In this document: piece by piece, positions 1 to 15,789 of the stretch | Numbering within the stretch: the stretch's first letter is position 1 | How the letters are laid out: each line of letters begins with the position of its first letter | DNA from: Amphiscolops sp. MND2022 | Lineage: Eukaryota | NCBI GenBank assembly: GCA_964187785.1 | Contig: OZ076419.1 | Location: forward strand, 1,984,001 to 2,048,000 | Length of the DNA: 64,000 nucleotides | Reading direction: 5' to 3' | The notes under the pieces: model-generated | What the model was told of the DNA's origin: nothing | The model's database searches: none | Seen by the model: the letters and a program-made list of their open reading frames with translations, nothing else | Made by a program: the position numbers and the translations under genes

Positions 1-1546
1 CCAGATATGATTCTATTATTAAATAAAGATTAAAGCAGAAATAGTAGTTTGTCTATTTTGATAATGTTTAAGACGCCCATCATTGACTGATTACACTCGA
101 ATACTTTGAGCTGCGTAATGTTTACATGCGGAAAGATTATCACCAATGCGAGGTCTTATTTCTTTACCCAATCTTAATACATTTGGTATACAGAAAAAAG
201 CAATGTATTATTGTAAATGACTTATGCGAAAGCAAAGATATATATTTTTTCAAAATCAACGGAGAAATCTCAACAAAATGCACGTTTATTTGAAATGAAA
301 ATACTACCATCAGCCATGTACTAGCTGCTTGGATATAACTGCTTTTGACTCGTTTTTCAGATAATTTTTCAATCGACGTTTGGTTACCTGTAAACTCACT
401 CTTGGATATCGCAAATGTAACGGTAGTGAGTTCCGCTTCAGTGAAGTTCAATGAAAAGTGGTTTTGGAAAGCTTTTTCCGATTTTTAATGTACTGAAAGT
501 AGATTAGGGATTTGAACATAATCCAGTGTATACTGATTATACCTTTGTTTTTTCTCAATTCATTCGATGACTTGATATTGGAACAAAAAACACATTTTTC
601 AAGGCACTTTGATAATCAATAGTTTCAGAGCTATTGGTCAAAAAATGGAGTGTTCCGAACGTTTTTACCAAATAGGGGTGGGTTCCATTCTTCTATCACA
701 GGACTGTGTGTTGTTTACTTGTTTACTGCATTGTTTACTAACAACACAACACTGAATTTGTTTCCACTGGAAGTTTGTTTTCCTTTTCATTGGAAGTTTT
801 CATCTTCGAATAATAGGTGACCCGCAAAACGGTACACGTAAAACTTGACAACGTAAACATATGTCAACAAGATGCCAAAAGTTCCACGATGTCAAGAGTT
901 CTTTTTATCATCGCTTGTCAATCATGGGAATAATCAGTTGGGATGACAACATGCGGTAGATTTGGCAGGTACTTCGAACTTAATGCCCACTTCTTTCATA
1001 GAGAAATTTTGAAACCACTGCGTTTCACACTTTTTGATTGACTGCTCGATTTAGATTCACACTTCATTTCCAAACGCATTTTGATGCTTTGTTCACTCGG
1101 ATTTGACGCTTGATTCAAGTGAAAAATAAAGCGTACTTTTTGCGGGTCTTTTTTTGAAAGTGTCTTTTTGAAAGAGTGGCAGACTAGGTGAACCAAAAAC
1201 GGGAAACCCGTGAAAATTTCAATCTTCAAAATCGTAATATTGTATTTGTAAACAAGCCACTGATAATCTTTCACCTTTCTGTCAAACTTAAACCATCATT
1301 ACGTAATTGATTTTTCAATTAATTTTTCGCAGGAATGTTGTGCCGTTTTTAAAAGTTTTAAACGTATTCATCAAATAGTTGTTGTTTTGTTAGTCAACAA
1401 ACGGCGTGGCCGCGTCTATTTTTGCTCTTTTTCTACTGTCACCTTGACTGGTACTTGGTATCGGGGTTTGGGTTAATTGAAATGCATTAAGAAGAAAGGT
1501 TTCTTCTCACTCTCTTCGCACTCTCAAACGTGAAAGATAGCACTCC

Positions 1547-2109
1547 TATAGATCGTTTCAAAAAGTTCGCGAGACCCGGTACCAGTCTTTTAATTAGCGA
1601 TGTTATGATATCAAGTTCTGCAACCATGCGAGGCAAACGCACATCTGATGACCTTGCAAAATCGATATACCGTTTTAAAAATGCAAACCCGGATTATGCA
1701 AACTCAGCCATTGCTCGGATTTTCTCGATTTCCGAGTCAACACTTAGAGGAATCCTGAAGCGACGTATTGAGCAGAAAAATCGCAGCAAATTTCGACGTC
1801 AAATTGGGTCGAAAATCTGTACTCACAAGAAGAATCAAGCGTCAGCTTCTGCACCGCGTTAATCGAAACCCAAAACTCCGGCTTTCTGACCCTCTGCTTA
1901 CATCCAGACGACTTGTCTCCAATGCCACGGCACACCGTTTTTTGAAAAATTGCGATATTCGAAATCGTGTTGCTGTACAAGACGTTCTTATGAATGCTCA
2001 AAAAGATAGTTAACTGGTGCCGTCGACATTTATTTTTCGATTTCACAAAAGGTATTTTCAGCGACGATTAGTTAGTTTTAGTCTCGCGAACTTTTTGAAA
2101 CGATCTATA
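1547..2109 (+). mobile_element. Internally deleted Tc1/mariner-type DNA transposon
   Basis: Perfect 29-bp inverted repeat including terminal TA: TATAGATCGTTTCAAAAAGTTCGCGAGAC (1547-1575) and its reverse complement (2081-2109). It encloses transposase N-terminal HTH remnants. Confidence 0.85.
1626..2013 (+). pseudogene. Tc1-like transposase N-terminal (paired HTH) fragment, frameshifted, DDE domain absent
   Basis: MRGKRTSDDL...AIARIFSISESTLRGILKR, then in another frame GRKSVLTRRIKRQLLHRVNRNPKL...VSNATAHRFLKNCDIRNRVA, resembling the two Tc1/Tc3 DNA-binding modules. No catalytic domain before the right TIR. Confidence 0.7.
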
Positions 2110-2812
2110 CGCTTGCAGTGACATTGAGTAGCTGCATAAGTTACGTGTCGATCACAAAAGCGCATCAACTTGGAAGATATCGTGTTTCAAGTTCAGAAAA
2201 CCACCTACCGGTTTGTTGTCTCATTATTTCGAATTGGAAACAAGGTAAAGGACTTTGTAACTTTCTTCGTTCGAATTCACTTGCATCCGAATTCCTTATT
2301 AGAAATCGTGACTAATGTACTAGAATTATAATTTGAGCCGATTAAACCTTGACCACGATTTGACTGTTTCCGATTTGTCGAATCGTCTTTTAATCTATTT
2401 CAAAGTCGAAACGCTTCGAGCAACAGCGGTGGCCAAGATTGAGTAGTTTCAAACTTGTTTGCCTCATTTCAGATTGCCTTGTGCTATTCTATTTAGCTGA
2501 CCTGCTGAATCTGCGACTTGAACGAAAACCCATTTGACCCTAGTTCCAATTGTTAGTTGTATACATACAATTATTGTGCATATTCATTTCAAGTATTTGA
2601 TCTGAATTTTAATGAAAAATTTGTGACCATTAATGGGTTATCAAGGTGGCGTTTACATGCAAATAAGTGGGTGGTTTAGGATTTTACAAAGTATAGGACT
2701 TTTATCTTTGTTTCAAATGTTTAATTGCTTTGTCTTTAAATGCCTTTTATGGAAGTTTTTGAATTAACCTCTGAATATACTAATACACGTGTGATGCACT
2801 GTTATAGTATAG

Positions 2813-6281
<3,469 letters not shown>

Positions 6282-7149
6282 GCAAGAAGAGGGGGAGAGG
6301 AGAGGAGAGAAAGCGACTGGCGGAAGAAGAAAAGATGAACAACCACAAACAAACTGAACTCTTTGAACAAACTAAGAATTAATCTCCAATTATCTCAACT
6401 AATTATCTCCTGAGCACTGCTGCTGATGAAGACTCTTTAAAAACCAACCTTGGTGTTGTGTTGTACATCACTACCATTCGGCCACAAAATGAGTCGATTG
6501 AGGGCACTACCACCACCACAGTAGTACTTGTAGGTTCTACTGCTGAAGATGCTGATGCTTAATTGTACCTGACTACTACTACTAGCCAACTGATGATGAT
6601 GATGATTGATATGTTATTGCACTGTGTATCGTTTTATTACAGGTGATATTGGAAGTGGTATTTCACTGTTGCTGCTGCTTCAGTGGAGCTGGGCTCTGCT
6701 GTGCGGTCTAGACAAGTGTACCTGACTGAATGAATTAACTCTTAACTCACTGATTCAATTATACCAAGTTTGAGTAGAAGTGCCCAGTACAACCACATAG
6801 ATCCTACCCAGTCAAGTTGTAGGTTTATTCATTTTGCACAAAAACGTTGGGTCGCTGAGACAATAGAACATGATACACTCCGTTTATAACGATATTTCGG
6901 TTACAGCGTATCAGTATACTATAGTATAGTAATAGTATATATAGTATAATACTAAAAATAGTATCTAAATATCTCTGTTGTCCGTGAATACTCGAGGTGA
7001 GTTAATGCTCGAAATTTATTCGAACGACGTGTACTTTGAAAGAGCAACTGTACACGGGAAATTAAAATTGTTATAGTTGATATCCTGATCTATTGAAGTC
7101 GTTGGACCATTTTTAGCGTCTTGGGACAAGTTTTATAAAGATTTAAGAT

Positions 7150-7330
7150 GAACTGGATCAAGGCTACAAGATTTATAACCAGTTCGAAAGTTGCCAAAAG
7201 TGACTATCATCGTTCATGTCAAGATCTTTCTGGATTTTTTGTGATTAGCATATTTCCAGTTTTCAGTTTCGTTAGCGAAAAACCGTCTTGTTTTGTACCC
7301 TAGTCCAAATCTCATGAACGTTTTTGAAGG
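7150..7330 (-). pseudogene. Possible highly decayed non-LTR (CR1/L2-like) reverse transcriptase fragment
   Basis: The minus strand reads FANETENWKYANHKKIQKDLDMNDDSHFWQLSN, resembling the LINE RT FADD...QxDLDxLxxWSxxWQLxFN segment. The catalytic residues are degenerate. Confidence 0.3.
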
Positions 7331-8269
7331 CCAATTTTTGGAGAAACGTGAACCACTTTCGACCATTTTCGATTGTTAAATAACCCATAGTATGGGAAGA
7401 TAGTATCCGAAAGGGCACCGTCTTGGAAAAGCAGAACTGCTTATTCGGGGTCCACCACGCAGAATTGGGGAAATTAACAATTCAAAAGTGTTGACGCTGA
7501 TATCAAATATAGCTGGCACGGTATTTTTCTGGCCTCGAGGTTTTTGGCTGGCGTTGTTGAAAGATCTTGCTGACAGCTGCAATCTTCAGGTAGACCCTAA
7601 GTTTTAGAAACACGCTTATGACTCAAAGGACTACAAAGAAATATGGACTTTGCCGTACTTGTTACGATGATTACGAAATAATTGACAAGTTTTTCGAAAA
7701 AGTTAATTTTCCCGGGGACATTGTTATACCTTGTTTTTTTGACTTTTTATTAGTGTCTTTGCAAAATGTCAAGAATTCTGTTGCCTAGTCTATTTTATGC
7801 TTTTTGTGGAGCTTATGTAGCTAAAGTTTACTAAATCAAACTTTGGATTGCTTCCAAGCAAGAAACCTGCACCCGAGTTTACGATTCCTAAACTTGATTG
7901 TCCGCTTTTAAATTTGTCAATGCAAACACCAAACATATTTTCTTTATTTTAAAATGAAATTGAATATTTTGACAGTTTTCACAGGACGCTTGTGACGTTG
8001 TTGCGACTCCTTCAGGTAACTCCTCAGCCTATCAAGTCTTATTTGCGAACTTTACGATGAGCTTTTTCGCGTTCGTTTTTCAACATCCAAGAGTCGGATT
8101 GCGTAAAATAGTTGCAAAGCTCAAAATTCGAAGCAATTGTCTGTTCAGTTGATTCCGGTCCGGATGAAAACTGCCAGCTCCCAGAAACGGTCGTCAACGT
8201 TATCAAAAGGTCATCAATTGATATGAAATCGCTCGTTATGAAATCATTTTAATCGCAGGATGATTTTAG

Positions 8270-8648
8270 TCGGCTCCTTAAGGAAAAAAGCCCGAAAGTT
8301 ACAGTGGGTAGTTTTTTTCGTCAGATCACAGACCTCACCCTGTAAGTACTACTTTTTAGCAAACTTTAACGGTGAACCCAGCAGTCACGGGTTCGAGTCC
8401 TTGCCTAAGCCAGAAACTTTTTCGAGCCTTTGCAAAAGCGGAAGAGACTGAAGGATCCCCTCTCTATTTCGGCACTGCGACTTTTTCGATTATTTTTGTC
8501 CCCAAAGGGTCCCCCTTCAATTTATTTGACATTTTGCAACAAACTGGATTTTCAAAAAGCCCGAAGGGTTCCCCTTTACTAATTGAAAAACTGCCCTTTT
8601 TGAGCCTTAGATATAGCGCCGACTTCAGAAACTATGGGACTGTTTCAA
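8270..8648. repeat. Dispersed MITE-like repeat family copy
   Basis: The core TTTTTGAGCCTTAGATATAGCGCCGACTT (~8598-8628) and the AAGGGTCCCCC(C)TT and TTTCGGCACTG modules recur at 17813-18404, ~24020-24060, ~24300-24343, 37672-38195 and in related copies at ~39200-39450 and ~42360-42720. Confidence 0.7.
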
Positions 8649-8704
8649 AATTTTCATTTTTCATCTGAAATTAGGTTCTCAAAATAAACCCACAAAGAAT
8701 TTTG

Positions 8705-9200
8705 GGCTTGATTTTTTTTCTTATCGTGCTCGATTCTGATTGGCTGACGACCCGAGCAGTGCTCGATTCTGATTGGCTGACGACTCGAGTCGTGCTCGAT
8801 TGTGATTGGCTGACGACTTGACGCAATGCATAAAGGTATGGAGCCGAGTGATTGTCAATGTATAAAGATGTGCTCAATGTATAAAGAGGGAATAGCTTCG
8901 ACAATGTTTTAAGATAGGGTATAGGGTTTTTCAGCACTGTGCAACATTTTCGGTACTTTGACACTTTGGGCTAAAGCAAATTTTTGGGCACGACCGCCCG
9001 CGGAATAATTATACCCGCATCATTTTATCCGCCTGCGGAATATTTTATCCGCCACCGGAATAATGTATCCGCCACCGGAATATTGTATCCGGCACCGGAA
9101 CATTTTCTCCGCCATGGGGGTTGAACTAATTATTTGATTACTGTGTTGAGGAAAAAAAATCGAGTTTAAATAGAAAAAAAAATTAAATTAGATTGTATGA
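8705..9200 (+). repeat. Maverick-1 left TIR (outer ~130 bp missing)
   Basis: Reverse complement of ~23400-23850 at roughly 75-80% identity. Carries GTGCTCGATTCTGATTGGCTGACGAC and TATCCGCC(T/A)(G/C)CGGAA sub-repeats. Confidence 0.75.
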
Positions 9201-9246
9201 ATGTGTACATTCACATGTACAAACTGCACTTTACAATAAGCATGAG

Positions 9247-10006
9247 TTACATATAACTACTATTGAAAGAGAGTACATTAACATCGTGAACTCCTGTAGT
9301 TTGCTCTTGCTAGACGTTGAAGAGATGAAAAGCTGAATATATGGCAAAAAATCCGCACACGCTGGGATACGACTGCAACTTTACTGGAACTTTACTACAA
9401 CATGACAACTTTACATCTTATGGTAGTCTTGCTTGAGAAAATTGCATGATCCACCGAGAAACTCTGAAAAATACAATTGCTGTTCAAACTTGGCAATTAT
9501 TAGCCCCTTGGCAATTTTTTTTCTTATCGTGCTCGATTCTGATTGGCTGACGACCCGAGCAGTAGTCGATTCTGATTGGCTGACGACTCGAGTCGTGCTC
9601 GATTGTGATTGGCTGACGACTTGACGCAATGCATAAAGGTATGGAGCCGAGTGATTGTCAATGTATAAAGATGTGCTCAATGTATAAAGAGGGAATAGCT
9701 TCGACAATGTTTTAAGATAGGGTATAGGGTTTTTCAGCACTGTGCAACATTTTCGGTACTTTGACACTTTGGGCTAAAGCAAATTTTTGGGCACGACCGC
9801 CCGCGGAATAATTATACCCGCATCATTTTATCCGCCTGCGGAATATTTTATGCGGAAGTGCTCGCCAATGTAACTTGGTTCAGTTTGACAATGGCAAATG
9901 TATCATTTGGAAGCCTAGGGACACGATCAGAAGAAAACGAGCCGAGGTACCGATACTTGAAGAGAGGAATACGATCAATATTTTGTTGCAATGCGATGAC
10001 ATTCAT
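9247..10006 (-). pseudogene. Maverick-1 adenain-like cysteine protease, interrupted by a 351-bp insertion
   Basis: MNVIALQQNIDRIPLFKYRYLGSF...TFAIV..GEH|W-LIIAKF...VCGFFAIYSAFHLF..GVHDVNVLSF. The insertion at 9506-9856 splits the gene right after the His codon. Confidence 0.75.
9506..9856 (+). repeat. Near-identical internal copy of part of the left TIR (8712-~9048)
   Basis: The direct repeat is visible in the sequence; ORFs 8671-8964 and 9411-9767 have near-identical translations. Confidence 0.9.
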
Positions 10007-10089
10007 AATAGGTTTTTTTACCGACAACGCCAAACTTGTAGACTGCAACTGACGACATTCGTTCACCCATTATATTCACTTCTGTTACA

Positions 10090-11345
10090 CTTTCGAGCGC
10101 TTAGTTAAATGTTAGTTCCAGTCGCAATGGATCACCAATCAATTCCGGATAGTGGCAATGTTCAGTAGCGTCTTGCATTGATGTCAAATCAAACACAAGC
10201 GCATAGTGGTCCTTGAAATCGTCAATTGGGATTGACGGTAAGTCGTCATGAACATTCATTGCTCTCATTGTTGTAACATAGAGACGACAATTATCGGACG
10301 TGTCATAGTCAACAACGGACTGACCGCCTCGTAGTAATCTAATGTGTCTCAATTCAAACTGCTGATACCAGTATGGGTTTTCAGTAAAAAAAACCCGTAA
10401 AGACAGAATTTGTGTTCATTGTTATGGCGATACGTCGGATCGGTGCATTGTTGAAAATGATTTCTTGTATAAATTGTTTCGGTCGAGCGGTAATGATAAA
10501 AGTCTTGGCAAGTGTTTCCAAGTAATTGTATTCTACTGGCCTGTATGCTAGCATATCCATTCACTTCTTGTGATAATCGTCTTTGAGTGTAATACGACGA
10601 TTATAAAGCGAACAATCCACAGTTCCCAGACTAACGTTAGGATTGTCACTAATCATGTAAAAATTTTGTCGAGCTCTAATGAGTCGGATTCTTTCATGTT
10701 TGGATACAATAGCTCTGAAGTGGTGAAAAAGTCGACACCCAATTTATCATACAACATACATTCGTCTGGGCTGGAGAACATTTTCATTCTCCTTGAAAAG
10801 AATGGACCCCCCAAGGGATTATCCATAGCATCTTCTGATATTGCTTCAAAGTTATAACTTTCACAATGTAGCACTCCTTGTACTCAGAGATGGCTTCTTT
10901 AAAATTGTTGGAAATGTAAGATTTGTGAGCATAAAGTCCATTTGAATTGTAAATTTGCTGATTGTTTATATAAACTTCCACTTTGGAGAAAATGGAGTGC
11001 ATAATGTTGTTCACATGGGTAATTATGGGAACCTCGTTGTCGTCGGCCTCAGCATTTTTATCTTCTGTCTCATTGTGTTCCTTTTTGACTTCTTTTTTGT
11101 ACGAATCGAATCCACGATGCTTCACCAATTTGAGTACCAAAGACAAATACGCTTGACGCAAATCAGTGTAATTGTTGCGATCAGTTTGAAATTCAAACTT
11201 GATACTGTTGTCATCCAATGACGTTGTAGGATAAATTTGTTGTTCATGCGAGGAAAGTACGTCATCGACAACTGGGACTTTACCGGCAACACTACCAGAA
11301 ACGGCCACAACAGGTTGGTACCGAAAAATGTTTTGTGCATTCTTC
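10090..11345 (-). pseudogene. Maverick-1 major capsid protein (double jelly-roll type), fragmented
   Basis: Fragments DDVLSSHEQQIYPTTSLDDNSIKFEFQT, NNIMHSIFSKVEVYINNQQI, LYPNMK and DHYALVFDLTS...LRLELTF spread over several frames. Confidence 0.75.
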
Positions 11346-11700
11346 TTTTGCGTGAAATGATTGTAAAAATGTCTCTGCGCGAGCGACTGTTTATGTTGGT
11401 GGATTTTGTAGGAATGCACCTGCGCGTTTTCTTGCTACCGCCACCTAGTTGTTTTCTCAACGTCTTTTTACCAACACTTATTACAGCCAATTTTAAGTTT
11501 TTCTTTTGAATATTTACTTCCGCCTTTTCAGGTACAGCATACTCCCACAAGCCAGCTCTAACTCTTCGTGCTGCTGGGACGATAAATTTTTCAACAAAAG
11601 GAACTCCGGTTCTCCCAATAACCTGAGCAAGTGCTCCAAATCCTCTTCCGCAATGTCTTGTCACTCCTTTATAAAACGGTAGTTCAAGTTCTCGTGAGCA
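11330..11700 (-). pseudogene. Maverick-1 basic core-like protein (GRGFGALA motif)
   Basis: FYKGVTRHCGRGFGALAQVIGRTGVPFVEKFIVPAARR; positional and sequence counterpart of the Maverick-2 RAGGGL ORF. Confidence 0.55.
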
Positions 11701-11719
11701 ACCTTTTCGCACAGTGCTT

Positions 11720-12516
11720 ATCGTTAGCAATGAATGTCAGAAATTTTTCCAAACATTAGCACAAGACGAGTGACGCCAACAGACAAAAGGAATCTTTTCG
11801 CCCGAGGTGCCCCCCAGATCATTATGTTTCCTATGAAAGGAATTTTTCAATAGGCGACGAAATTGAAGGTTACTAAAAGTTTTGTAATTCATGCATTGTG
11901 CAGTAGTGATTATGTCTCCGGATTTCAGCTTGGAATTGAAAGCAACGTAATAGGGGTGCTTTTGTGTCTCCAACAACGTTGTACTCCACAATATCAGTGT
12001 GAATCATTAGCGAATGAATACGAACAATATCGTACGCAAACGTTGGCTCATGAGGTCCCTTACCTCGCATCAAAATCCCTTTGTCGTCTCCAACATCGCC
12101 ACCAAATATATTTCCCAAGTATGTACTGAAAATGACTAGGCTAGAGTCGTCACCAAAGAAAGAAAGTTCAATTTTTAGTGTGCGACGAGATTCTTTTACA
12201 GTAATGCAATTTTCATTGTGATTGTTTTTCTCTTGTATCAGCAAATTCATTGCTTCCACAATGTCGGGTGTGCAAGAATACAGCCCAGGTTCCAAGCAAC
12301 AGGCAGTTGTCGTTTTGGAGTAAATAGGGTCATAAAACAAATTTCCCATCTTAAAAATTCTGGTTCCTTGAACAGTAGGAAATTTCCGAAGTTGCAAACC
12401 CCATTGACCATCAAAATTGACTTGATCAGGCAAAACGTTTGTAAAAGAATTATGTGTATTGTCAAGATCATCCAGATGACGCATTAGAAACCAACTCTAT
12501 TGCAAAAGGAAGCCAT
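11720..12516 (-). pseudogene. Maverick-1 minor capsid (penton-like) protein
   Basis: MASFAIELVSNAS..NSFTNVLPDQVNFDGQW...HSLMIHTDIVEYNVVGDTKAPLLRCF, with frameshifts. Confidence 0.7.
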
Positions 12517-13456
12517 AAATAAATGACTCTAATCAACTCCTTTTCATATAACTTGCCTTTATTAACTTCGTCTTGTTCATCTTGTATGCTATATGTTGGT
12601 TATTTGCGTGTAGCGAACGCAACAATTTTGAAAATTTCGTTTGTAAACTGCGGCTTGTATCCTTTTCTGAACGGTAAATCTTGCTTGGAAATTCGGACGC
12701 GGTATCCAACTTTGAACTTTGGTATGTTAAAGTCTGCGATTGTGTCAGTGTAAAGCACTGCCATATCGTCAGAGTTTTTAACTTTGCTCGGTTTCAAATC
12801 TATTGATCTATTCCTTCTCGTATTAAGCGTTGTAACAAATTGAGGCAACTTGTGAATATAGTTGTATCCATAAGCTTCAATGTAGCGATACAATACATTT
12901 TTCAATGAACGTATAGCTCTCTCAGCGAGTGCTGCCTTTGTTTCACTCATTGTTGAATGAGTCTGTATTACTTCTCTGTTGCAAAAGTTTTTAAATTCAC
13001 CAGCAAATTCTTTTCCATTGTCAACCCAAATCTTTTGTGGTCTTTTCCGCTTTGTTATCATTTGAGCAAAGGCTCCAAGTGCCTCCTTAGAGTCCTTTGT
13101 TTTCAATCCCCTCAATCCGTCTACTGTTTTATTAAACACGTCCTTGCGAACTAGTACTTTAATCCTCTGTTATCCTTTGCCAATTTATCAACATATGCCA
13201 AGTCCATACACCAAATTTCATTCTTGTATCTAGCAAATGCTCTCGTACGTCTAAACTTGCGTGTTGAAAGAGTAAATTTTGTATAAGAGTCTTTCGAATG
13301 TTAAAAATTTCTAACCTTTGCGAAATATGGCAAAAGCTAGCAAGCTAGCCTTTTCAGAGAGCCATATGCTGCAGGACCTTGTGTGTATAGCCCTTGAAGC
13401 TTTTGTCGCTCAGATTTCGAAAGGGATCCAGCTTCCTCTCTCTTTTGCTTAGGCAT
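12515..13456 (-). pseudogene. Maverick-1 retroviral-like DDE integrase, copy A
   Basis: GPAAYGS, YTKF...KNEIWCMDLAYV, KIWVDNGKEF, KAALAERAIRSLK, FRKGYKPQFTNEIF. Frameshifted near 13150; no chromodomain seen. Confidence 0.85.
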
Positions 13457-13806
13457 TATGGTTGAGCAGTCTACTAGAAAAATGTCGGCTGCGTCCGGTA
13501 AAGTAAAGTGAATGTCGGGTACGTCAGCATTCTTTCTACGGAATGTTGAGCAATACTCCTGTATCTGTACCGTCTAGCACTATAGTGTTAGAGAGCGACA
13601 ACTTTATGCGTGGGGATACTAAAAGTTTATGAACCTATGAATCTGCCTTGGCAAATAACTTTTTATTAATATCCTTTTTCAGCTAATTAACTTGGTACGT
13701 AGGAGTTTGTTGAGGTTGGTATTTGGGTAGGTCCACTTTTAACGTAGACTTTGTTGTGTTTAGCTTGTTAAGAAGTAAAGCAGGTACAAGGACAAACTGT
13801 TCCATA

Positions 13807-14400
13807 TCAAGACAAGTGGTTAATGACAAATGGGGTAATGGTATCAACAAGTTGTAAACCTCTCTCTGACGTCAAGAGGTCTCGTCTCTGCTTCCATGTA
13901 GTCCGTTTTAAAGAGAGTAAATGCAACTCTCGTTTATACTTATTAATGTGATGTCTTTTTACGTTTTGCAAATTTCCGTGGAGTATGTTTACTATCACTC
14001 GCTTAGAACCCGAATAAACTCTATTGGACACGATTGGAGAAGTTGCTTTTTGCTCTTGAGGGAAAGTGATTGGAACGCGTGGAAAATAGAGAGATGATGT
14101 GTGCTCATCGTCCAAAGCTGTCAACTGCTTCAAACTCTCTGTCACGTAAAACTTTGAAGAAGTCTTTCCACCATTTGTCCAGTAACGAAACCTATCGTCT
14201 GTTCGCGGCGATAAATCAATAAACAAATGACCAAAAGGAACACCCGTTGCATCTCTGTACCAATACACTAAAGAGGAACAAAGTAATGGTTGAATACTAA
14301 GTGTATGTATTTGCATAACATCCCGAGGCGACTTCAATAATGCAATGTGTGTAGTTTGTAGCTCAATATTGCGTCAGAGAGTGCTCTTGTGAAACCAATT
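13807..14400 (-). pseudogene. Duplicated 3' half of the packaging ATPase plus small basic downstream ORF (copy A)
   Basis: KSPRDVMQI...ATGVPFGHLFIDL, followed by KRHHINKYKRELHLLSLKRTTWKQRRDLLTSERGLQLV. Confidence 0.7.
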
Positions 14401-14494
14401 GTGTTTATTGCAAAACGTTTGTAAAAGAAATATGTGTATTGTCAAGATCATCCAGATGACGCATTAGAAACCAACTCTATTGCAAAGGAAGCCA

Positions 14495-15433
14495 TAAATA
14501 AATGACTCTAATCAACTCCTTTTCATATAACTTGCCTTTATTAACTTCGTCTTGTTCATCTTGTATGCTATAGGTGGGTTATTTGCGTGTAGCGAACGCA
14601 ACAATTTTAAAAATTTCGTTTGTAAACTGCGGCTTGTATCCTTTTCTGAACAGTAAATCTTGCTTGGAAATTCGGACGCGGTATCCAACTTTGAACTTTG
14701 GTATGTTAAAGTCTGCGATTGTGTCAGTGTAAAGCACTGCCATATCGTCAGAGTTTTTAACTTTGCTCGGTTTCAAATCTATTGATCTATTCCTTCTCGT
14801 ATTAAGCGTTGTAACAAATTGAGGCAACTTGTGAATATAGTTGTATCCATAAGCTTCAATGTAGCGATACAATACATTTTTCAATGAACGTATAGCTCTC
14901 TCAGCGGGTGCTGCCTTTGTTTCACTCATTGTTGAATGAGTCTGTATTACTTCTGTTGCAAAAGTTTTTAAATTCACCAGCAAATTCTTTTCCATTGTCA
15001 ACCCAAATCTTTTGTGGTCTTTTCCGCTTTGTTATCATTTGAGCAAAGGCTCCAAGTGCCTCCTTAGAGTCCTTTGTTTTCAATCCCCTCAATCCGTCTA
15101 CTGTTTTATTAAACACGTCCTTGCGAACTAGTACTTTAATCCTCTGTTATCCTTTGCCAATTTATCAACATATGCCAAGTCCATACACCAAATTTCATTC
15201 TTGTATCTAGCAAATGCTCTCGTACGTCTAAACTTGCGTGTTGAAAGAGTAAATTTTGTATAAGAGTCTTTCGAATGTTAAAAATTTCTAACCTTTGCGA
15301 AATATGGCAAAAGCTAGCAAGCTAGCCTTTTCAGAGAGCCATATGCTGCAGGACCTTGTGTGTATAGCCCTTGAAGCTTTTGTCGCTCAGATTTCGAAAG
15401 GGATCCAGCTTCCTCTCTCTTTTGCTTTGGCAT
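14495..15433 (-). pseudogene. Maverick-1 integrase, copy B
   Basis: Same as copy A with an additional 2-bp deletion near 14950. Confidence 0.85.
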
Positions 15434-15789
15434 TATGGTTGAGCAGTCTACTAGAAAAATGTCGGCTGCGTCCGGTAAAGTAAAGTGAATGTCGGGTACG
15501 TCAGCGTTCTTTCTACGAAAAGTTGAGCAATACTCCTGTATCTGTACCGTCTAGCACGATAGTGTTAGAGAGCGACAACTTTATGCGTGGGATACTAAAA
15601 GTTTATGAACCTATGAATCTGCCTTGGCAAATAACTTTTTATTAATATCCTTTTTCAGCTAATTAACTTGGGACGTAGGAGTTTGTTGAGGTTGGTATTT
15701 GGGTAGGTCCACTTTTAACGTAGACTTTGTTGTGTTTAGCTTGTTTAGAAGTAAAGCAGGTACAAGGACAAACTGTTCCATATCAAGAC

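Noticed and set aside
164-1274. Minus-strand ORFs 164-451 and 996-1274 as exons or a transposase
   Set aside because: No recognisable motif and no consistent splice structure.
7900-8705. Left terminus and TSD of Maverick-1
   Set aside because: No AGTAGTAAG or CAGGAG partner for the right flank (23975-23980) was found; the end appears deleted or replaced.
8671-9767. ORFs MSKYRKCC... (8671-8964 and 9411-9767) as duplicated genes
   Set aside because: They are translations of TIR sub-repeats. Only the last ~30 aa of the second ORF is real protease sequence.
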